NCBI GenBank assembly: GCA_050015075.1
Contig: JBEKCB010000025.1
Location: 18,820 to 82,819, forward strand
Length of the DNA: 64,000 nt
Direction: 5' to 3'
Source of the DNA: Candidatus Brocadiia bacterium
GTDB lineage: Bacteria > Planctomycetota > Brocadiia > CAIUPP01
Made by a program: the position numbers and the translations under genes. Numbering within the stretch: position 1 is the stretch's first letter; every line of letters begins with the position of its first letter. This document shows, in pieces, positions 58,216 to 64,000 of this stretch. The notes under the pieces were generated by a model that made no database searches, was not told where the DNA came from, and worked only from the letters and a program-made list of their open reading frames with translations.

Positions 58216-59802
58216 ATGAGACGACGATTGGCGGCGGGAGTCGTGGCGCTGACGGCGGTGCTGGCGCTCTCGGGCGCCGCGGCGCACGCCCAGGATCAGG
58301 ATAATACCAAGGCCGAGATGGAGAAGTACAAGCAGCGGATGGACGAGATGGAGAAGAAGCTCGATCAGCTCGAGGCCGAGAAGGCCCAGAGAGCCGCCAC
58401 GGAGAGTGAAGCGGACCGGCAGAAGGAGCGGCAGCGGATGGAGGATCTGGAGAAGAAGATCGAGGATCTCCAGGCGGTCCAGAAGACCTACCAGGAAGAG
58501 AAGGGACTGGACGTGCACGGCTTCCGCGGGTACTGGAAAGACCACCTCTATCTGGAGACGAACGACAAGAACATCGTCCTGGGCATCGGCGCCCGGTTCA
58601 ACCTGGATGCGGCCTCCATCAACGGGAATCAGAACCTCAATGAGGCCCTCAAGGGCAAGCAGACGGACGGCACCGAAGTGCGGCGTTTCCGCCTGCACCT
58701 GTATGGCACGTTCTACGACGACATCTTCTTCAAATTACAGCCGGACTTCTCCGTTCAGAGCAGCACCGAGCAGAAGACCACCAGCGTGCCCGCCGGCTTC
58801 ACGTCCACCCCGAACCAGGGGGCGACGGTTGCCTTGAAAGACGCGTATATCGCCGACTTGCACGATATCCCGTACACGACGCTGCGCCTCGGTCATTTTC
58901 AGGAGCCGTTCAACCTTGAAGAGATTGACAACGACCAGGACTACACGTTTATGGAGCGCGGACTCAACGACGCCTTCGCGCCTTCGTACCAGATCGGCAT
59001 TATGGCGTACCATCCGATTCTCGATCAACGCATGACGTGGTGGGCCGGCTTCTTCCGCGGCACCGACAACCCTGAAAACCTCCAGGACAGCGGCACCGTG
59101 GCCGGCAGCAACTTCGGTTTCAGCCAGTTCGACGGCGGCTACGACGCTGCCGCCCGCGTGACCGGTTGTCCCATCTACGCGGACAACGGCAACGAAGTCC
59201 TGCACCTCGGCGCTTCGGCGGTCGTCCGCGATCCGAAGACGCCCGTTGATTTCGCCGCGAGACCCGAAATGCACCTGGCGAGCAATTTCGCGAATACCGG
59301 TCCGCTCGTCAACAAGGCCGGTTCTTCCAACGCCAGCCAGGTCGAACTCGAGAACGGCGAATTCAGAGCCATCTACGGTCCGTATGCGGTCCTGAGCGAA
59401 GTCACGGCGGTCCAGGTCAACCGGTTGGGCGCCGGGGACTGCTACTTCGACGGCGGCTACGTTACTGCCAGCTATATGCTCACCGGCGAACATCTCGGTT
59501 ACGACCGGACGACCGGCTACGATGACCGCCTGATCCCCTTCCGCAACATCGGCAGCTACAAGGACGGCAAGCGCGGCTGGGGCGCCTGGCAACTCGCCGC
59601 GCGGTTCTCCTGGATTGATCTTAACAGCAACTCGGTCCGCGGCGGCAGGCTGGAGGACGAGACCCTCGGCCTCAACTGGTACCTCGGCCCGAACATCCGG
59701 CTCATGTTCAACTACGTGCTGGCCAACCTCTATGACGCGCCGGTGAAGCCGCACAACGGCGTCTGCAATATGTTCGGCATGCGCTTAGGCATGGACTTCT
59801 AA
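58216..59802 (+). CDS. Phosphate-selective porin (OprO/OprP family)
   Basis: EVRRFRL, GHFQEPF, FMER, GAWQLAAR, GLNWY, terminal Phe. Confidence 0.9.
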   Translation: MRRRLAAGVVALTAVLALSGAAAHAQDQDNTKAEMEKYKQRMDEMEKKLDQLEAEKAQRAATESEADRQKERQRMEDLEKKIEDLQAVQKTYQEEKGLDVHGFRGYWKDHLYLETNDKNIVLGIGARFNLDAASINGNQNLNEALKGKQTDGTEVRRFRLHLYGTFYDDIFFKLQPDFSVQSSTEQKTTSVPAGFTSTPNQGATVALKDAYIADLHDIPYTTLRLGHFQEPFNLEEIDNDQDYTFMERGLNDAFAPSYQIGIMAYHPILDQRMTWWAGFFRGTDNPENLQDSGTVAGSNFGFSQFDGGYDAAARVTGCPIYADNGNEVLHLGASAVVRDPKTPVDFAARPEMHLASNFANTGPLVNKAGSSNASQVELENGEFRAIYGPYAVLSEVTAVQVNRLGAGDCYFDGGYVTASYMLTGEHLGYDRTTGYDDRLIPFRNIGSYKDGKRGWGAWQLAARFSWIDLNSNSVRGGRLEDETLGLNWYLGPNIRLMFNYVLANLYDAPVKPHNGVCNMFGMRLGMDF

Positions 59803-59830
59803 AGGCGCGCGACGTCCGCTCGATCCGCAT

Positions 59831-59863
59831 GGGAGCGGCCTTCCCGCAAGGAGGGCCGCTCCC
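59831..59863 (+). terminator. GC-rich hairpin after the porin gene
   Basis: GGGAGCGGCCTTCC-CGCAA-GGAGGGCCGCTCCC; no U-tract. Confidence 0.5.
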
Positions 59864-59941
59864 GAAGTTAGCGGGGGCATAACACAAATCAAATTTGTTC
59901 CTAACAGTCTTATTGTCTAGTGATAGTGGAAGGGCAAAGTC

Positions 59942-60991
59942 ATGCGAAAGAACTTGCTGGGACTCACAGGCGCGGTGGCGCTCGTCGCCGCGATGGCGGC
60001 CTCGCCGGCGACGGCCGATGACCTGACGATCAACGGCGCGGGCGCGACCTTTCCGTATCCGCTGTATATGAAGTGGGCGGACATGTACCACGGCCTCACC
60101 GGGATGAAGATGAACTACCAGTCCATCGGCTCCGGCGGCGGCATCCAGCAGATCAAGAAGAACACGGTGGACTTCGGCGCCTCCGACGCGCCGCTGACGA
60201 AGGAAGACCTCGACGCGGCCGGCCTGATGCAGTTCCCGATGATCATCGGCGGCGTGGTCCCCGTCCTGAACGTCGAGGGCATCCAGCCGGGCCGGTTGAA
60301 ATTGACGGGCAAGGTGCTCGCCGAGATCTACCTGGGCAAGGTGGAGAAGTGGAACGATCCCGCGATCGCGGAACTCAACCCGGGCCTGGCGCTGCCCGGC
60401 CAGGCGATCACGGTGGTGCACCGCGCCGACGGCTCCGGGACGACCTGGGTCTTCACCAACTACCTCTGCAAGAGATCTCCGGAATGGAAGGAGAAGGCCG
60501 GGTCCGCGACTTCCGTCAAGTGGCCGACCGGAGTGGGCGCCAAGGGCAACGAGGGCGTCTCGCGGAACGTGCTGGAGTTGCCCGGGGCTATCGGATACGT
60601 GGAGTTCGCCTACGCGCTGGAGACGAAGATGTGCTACGCGCAACTGCAGAACCAGGCCGGCAAATTCGTGGAGCCGACCTTTGAAGCCTTTTCGTCGGCG
60701 GCCGCCGGGGCCGACTGGAAGAACGCGGCCGGGATGTACATGGTCCTGACCGACCAGCCGGGCGAGAAGAGCTGGCCGATCACCGGCGCTTCGTTCATTC
60801 TCATCTACAAGGAACAGAAGGACCGAGGCAAGGCCGAAGGGATGCTGAAGTTCTTCGACTGGTGCTACCGGAGCGGCGCCGAGGCGGCCAAGACGCTGTA
60901 CTACGTGCCGATTCCTGGGGCTGTATACGGACTGGTCGAATCGCGGTGGCACGACGACCTGGCCTCGGGCGGGCAGAAGGTCTGGAAGTAA
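59942..60991 (+). CDS. pstS: Phosphate ABC transporter substrate-binding protein
   Basis: GAGATFPYP, YQSIGSGGG, RADGSGTT; TAACA repeats 22 bp apart upstream (59880, 59902). Confidence 0.97.
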   Translation: MRKNLLGLTGAVALVAAMAASPATADDLTINGAGATFPYPLYMKWADMYHGLTGMKMNYQSIGSGGGIQQIKKNTVDFGASDAPLTKEDLDAAGLMQFPMIIGGVVPVLNVEGIQPGRLKLTGKVLAEIYLGKVEKWNDPAIAELNPGLALPGQAITVVHRADGSGTTWVFTNYLCKRSPEWKEKAGSATSVKWPTGVGAKGNEGVSRNVLELPGAIGYVEFAYALETKMCYAQLQNQAGKFVEPTFEAFSSAAAGADWKNAAGMYMVLTDQPGEKSWPITGASFILIYKEQKDRGKAEGMLKFFDWCYRSGAEAAKTLYYVPIPGAVYGLVESRWHDDLASGGQKVWK

Positions 60992-61087
60992 ATCGTTGCC
61001 GCTCCTTGAGATACGCAGCCGGTTGAAGGGCTGAGGCCTGCGCTCTTTGACCGGCGCATGCCGTCAGAGGTGCCAGTGGCAATCCGA

Positions 61088-62065
61088 ATGAAGCCGGGCG
61101 AGCAGCGCAAGAGCGACCCGTTCGACCACGCTCAGGGTCGCCCTGGGCAAGGTCGAATGGGCGACCGGACGTTCCGTTGGATCACGACGTCCTGCGCGGC
61201 GGTCGTGTTGCTGCTGGTCGCGGGCTTCTTCGTCTGCCTGGTGCTGAGCTGCCGGCCCTCGCTGGCGCAGTTCGGCTGGCGGTTCCTCGTCACGAGCGAC
61301 TGGGACCCGGTCACCGGGCAGTTCGGCGCGCTCAGCAGCATTTTCGGAACGCTGGTTTCCACGGTGATTGCCATGCTGATCGCCGTTCCGCTGAGCCTGG
61401 TCATTGCCCTGTTCCTGACGGAACTCGCCCCGCCGATGCTCCGCCGCGTCACCGGCACGGCCATCGAGCTGCTGGCGGCGGTGCCGAGCATCATCTTCGG
61501 AATGTGGGGGCTCTTCGTCTTCGCGCCGTTCATGGCCCGGCACGTCGAGCCGGCCCTCGGCAAAGGCCTGGGCTTCCTGCCCCTGTTCCACGGACCGCCG
61601 ATGGGGATCGGCATGCTCACCGCCGGGATCATTCTGGCGCTGATGATTCTGCCTTTCATCAGCTCGGTGATGCGGGACGTCTTCCAGATGGTGCCGCCGG
61701 TGGTGAAAGAGTCCGCGTACGGCATGGGCGCGACGACCTGGGAAGTCACGCGCAAGATCACGATGCGCTACGGCGTCCGCGGGCTGCTCGGCGCCTGCTT
61801 CCTGGGACTGGGCCGCGCGGTCGGCGAGACGATGGCGGTGACCTTCGTCATCGGCAACAACCACGACATCTCCGCCTCGTTGTTCGCCGCCGGAAACAGC
61901 ATCGCCTCGACGCTGGCCAACGAGTTCACCGAGGCGAACGGGAAACTCTACCTGAGTTCGCTCGTCGAGCTCGGCCTGATCCTGTTCGTGGTCTCGTTCT
62001 TCCTCCAGGTCTTTGCGCACCTGTGGCTGAAATCCCTGACCCGCAGCATGGGAGCCGGCCTATGA
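61088..62065 (+). CDS. pstC: Phosphate ABC transporter permease
   Basis: ELLAAVPSIIFGMWG, GLGRAVGETMAV; start may be 61157. Confidence 0.95.
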   Translation: MKPGEQRKSDPFDHAQGRPGQGRMGDRTFRWITTSCAAVVLLLVAGFFVCLVLSCRPSLAQFGWRFLVTSDWDPVTGQFGALSSIFGTLVSTVIAMLIAVPLSLVIALFLTELAPPMLRRVTGTAIELLAAVPSIIFGMWGLFVFAPFMARHVEPALGKGLGFLPLFHGPPMGIGMLTAGIILALMILPFISSVMRDVFQMVPPVVKESAYGMGATTWEVTRKITMRYGVRGLLGACFLGLGRAVGETMAVTFVIGNNHDISASLFAAGNSIASTLANEFTEANGKLYLSSLVELGLILFVVSFFLQVFAHLWLKSLTRSMGAGL

Positions 62066-62910
62066 TCCACCGCCCTGCGACCGGCAGAAAGCTGACCAAT
62101 CAACTGGTCAAGGTCGTCTCGGCCTGCGGTGCGTCTGTGGGGATACTGGCGCTGGCCTGGATTCTCCTGGTGGTGATCGGGAAAGGCGCGGCGGCGATCA
62201 ATTGGGATTTCTTTTTCCACCGGACGCTGCCGACCGGCGAAGCGGGCGGCGGCATCGGCAATGCCATCGTCGGGTCGGCGGTGCTGGTCGGACTGGCCAT
62301 AGCGTTCGGGGTGCCGATCGGGCTGATGGTGGGCGTTTACCTCGCGGAATTCGGGCGGGACACGCGGCTCGGGGCGGCGGTGCGCTTCTCGGCGAACGTT
62401 ATGATGGGCATCCCTTCGATCATTGTCGGCTTGTTCGTCTACACGCTGATCGTCGTGCCGACGCACTCGTTTTCGGGCTGGGCCGGCGCGGTTGCGCTGG
62501 CGATCCTGATGCTGCCGGTCGTCGCGCGCACGAGCGAGGACATGCTACAGCTCGTGCCGAACGCGCTGCGCGAATCGGCCCTGGCCCTCGGCGCGCCGCG
62601 CTGGAAGGTCACCTTCCAGATCGTGTTCCGCGCCGCCCGGGTCGGCCTGCTCACCGGCGTGCTGCTGGCCATCGCCCGCGTCAGCGGCGAGACCGCCCCG
62701 CTTCTGTTCACGGCCCTGAACAGCCCGTACTGGCCCACCACGCTCAACGACTCGGTTGCGAACCTCCCGGTAACGATCTTCAATTACGCCATGTCGCCGT
62801 ACGAAGACTGGGTGCGCCTGGCCTGGGGCGCCTCGCTGCTCATCACGGTCGGTGTCCTGGCGCTGAACATCTCCAGCCGGCTCATCCTGCGCAGGAGCGC
62901 CCATGAATAG
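62062..62910 (+). CDS. pstA: Phosphate ABC transporter permease
   Basis: [21 protein letters not shown]; ATGA overlap with pstC. Confidence 0.95.
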   Translation: MIHRPATGRKLTNQLVKVVSACGASVGILALAWILLVVIGKGAAAINWDFFFHRTLPTGEAGGGIGNAIVGSAVLVGLAIAFGVPIGLMVGVYLAEFGRDTRLGAAVRFSANVMMGIPSIIVGLFVYTLIVVPTHSFSGWAGAVALAILMLPVVARTSEDMLQLVPNALRESALALGAPRWKVTFQIVFRAARVGLLTGVLLAIARVSGETAPLLFTALNSPYWPTTLNDSVANLPVTIFNYAMSPYEDWVRLAWGASLLITVGVLALNISSRLILRRSAHE

Positions 62911-62999
62911 CGGAGGGATGCCACATGCTGAACGCGGAACGCAGTGTGAACAACGGAAGGATGATCCAACATGCCGTTAATCGGCGGAGGTTGCTGAGG

Positions 63000-63830
63000 A
63001 TGGAACGCCTGATGGCCTCGACGCCCGAATCCGGCCAGGTCCGCGCCGCCGCGGACCCGCCGCCCGCGCCGAAGCCGCCGCCGAAAGTCTCCGTGCGGAA
63101 TCTCAATTTCTATTACGGCAAGAACCAGGCGCTTGTGGACAACTCGATTGACATCGCCGCCAACCAGGTGACCGCCATCATCGGGCCTTCCGGCTGCGGC
63201 AAGTCCACGCACATCCGCATCTACAACCGCATCTTCGAACTCTACCGCGACCAGCGCGCGGAAGGGACCGTGCTCCTGGACGGCGAGAACGTCCTCTCGC
63301 CCGAGGTGGACGTGATCGAGCTGCGGCGGAAGGTCGGCATGATCTTCCAGAAGCCCACGCCGTTCCCGCTGAGCATCTTCGAGAACGTGGCGTACGGGCT
63401 GCGGATGCACTACCGCATGAATCGGAACGAGCTCTCCGGCCGCGTCGAGGCCGCGCTCAAGCAGGCGGCGCTGTGGGACGAGGTCAAGGACCTTCTCGAC
63501 CGGCCGGGCATGGCGCTCTCCGGCGGCCAGCAGCAGCGCCTCTGCATCGCGCGCGCCGTCGCCGTCGAGCCGGAGGTGATCCTGATGGACGAGCCGACCG
63601 CCGCGATTGACCCGATCGCGACCTCCAAGATCGAGGATTTGATCGAGGAGCTGGAGGAGAAGTACACTATCGTCATCGTCACCCACAACATGCAGCAGGC
63701 CGCGCGCATCAGCGATTTCACCGCCTTCTTCTACCAGGGCCGGATCGTGGAGTTCGGGCCGACCGAGATGATCTTCACGAAGCCGGTGATGAAGCAGACG
63801 GAGGACTACGTCACCGGCCGGTTCGGATAG
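63000..63830 (+). CDS. pstB: Phosphate ABC transporter ATPase
   Basis: [32 protein letters not shown]. Confidence 0.97.
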   Translation: MERLMASTPESGQVRAAADPPPAPKPPPKVSVRNLNFYYGKNQALVDNSIDIAANQVTAIIGPSGCGKSTHIRIYNRIFELYRDQRAEGTVLLDGENVLSPEVDVIELRRKVGMIFQKPTPFPLSIFENVAYGLRMHYRMNRNELSGRVEAALKQAALWDEVKDLLDRPGMALSGGQQQRLCIARAVAVEPEVILMDEPTAAIDPIATSKIEDLIEELEEKYTIVIVTHNMQQAARISDFTAFFYQGRIVEFGPTEMIFTKPVMKQTEDYVTGRFG

Positions 63831-64000
63831 GCTTCGTGCGCGGAATACAGGCATGGCGTCCCGCAAGTAGCGTCGTCATGCTGCTATGAGGCCATTCCTC
63901 AAGTGAGACGTTCGGAGAACCTGTGAAATCGAGTTCCGGCTGCTATTCGTGCTCTAAGGCACCCGTTCTGGTATCCGACGTATTCGCATCGGAGCGCCGC

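Noticed and set aside
63831-64000. phoU after pstB
   Set aside because: No supporting ORF before the window ends.

Overview
High-GC bacterial window. PEP-CTERM genes, BlaI/M56, Zn-ribbon proteins and the repeat families suggest a PVC-group organism (inference). It has four parts. (1) 1-3421: a Mu-like DNA-packaging module (TerL, DUF1804-like small subunit, two small genes) bracketed by two copies of a 111-bp phased operator array, each 37 bp from a TATAAT box, and directly abutting host metabolic genes. (2) About 7.1-45.7 kb: a mosaic accessory region. It holds a TA pair, an Imm26-like gene, three paralogs of an uncharacterised secreted protein, a 19x38-aa Trp-rich repeat lipoprotein, BlaI/M56, AlgI/AlgJ-like genes, two sigma54-type PEP-CTERM genes and PilT. 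It is punctuated by a recurring element: a (G)CTGGCCA core matching a tRNA-Gln 3' end, a conserved box exactly 48 bp later, and a 7-copy TTGACA-N17-CAGAAT promoter with a conserved spacer. It ends at a degenerate tRNA-Gln 3' half. (3) An esterase and an orphan SbtM-like radical SAM maturase. (4) A Pho locus (phoBR, OprO/P porin, pstSCAB) interrupted by a divergent RND efflux operon. The best candidates for undescribed systems are the tRNA-core/promoter cassette array and the co-regulated isolated terminase module. All product calls come from motif recognition by eye; no database searches were run.
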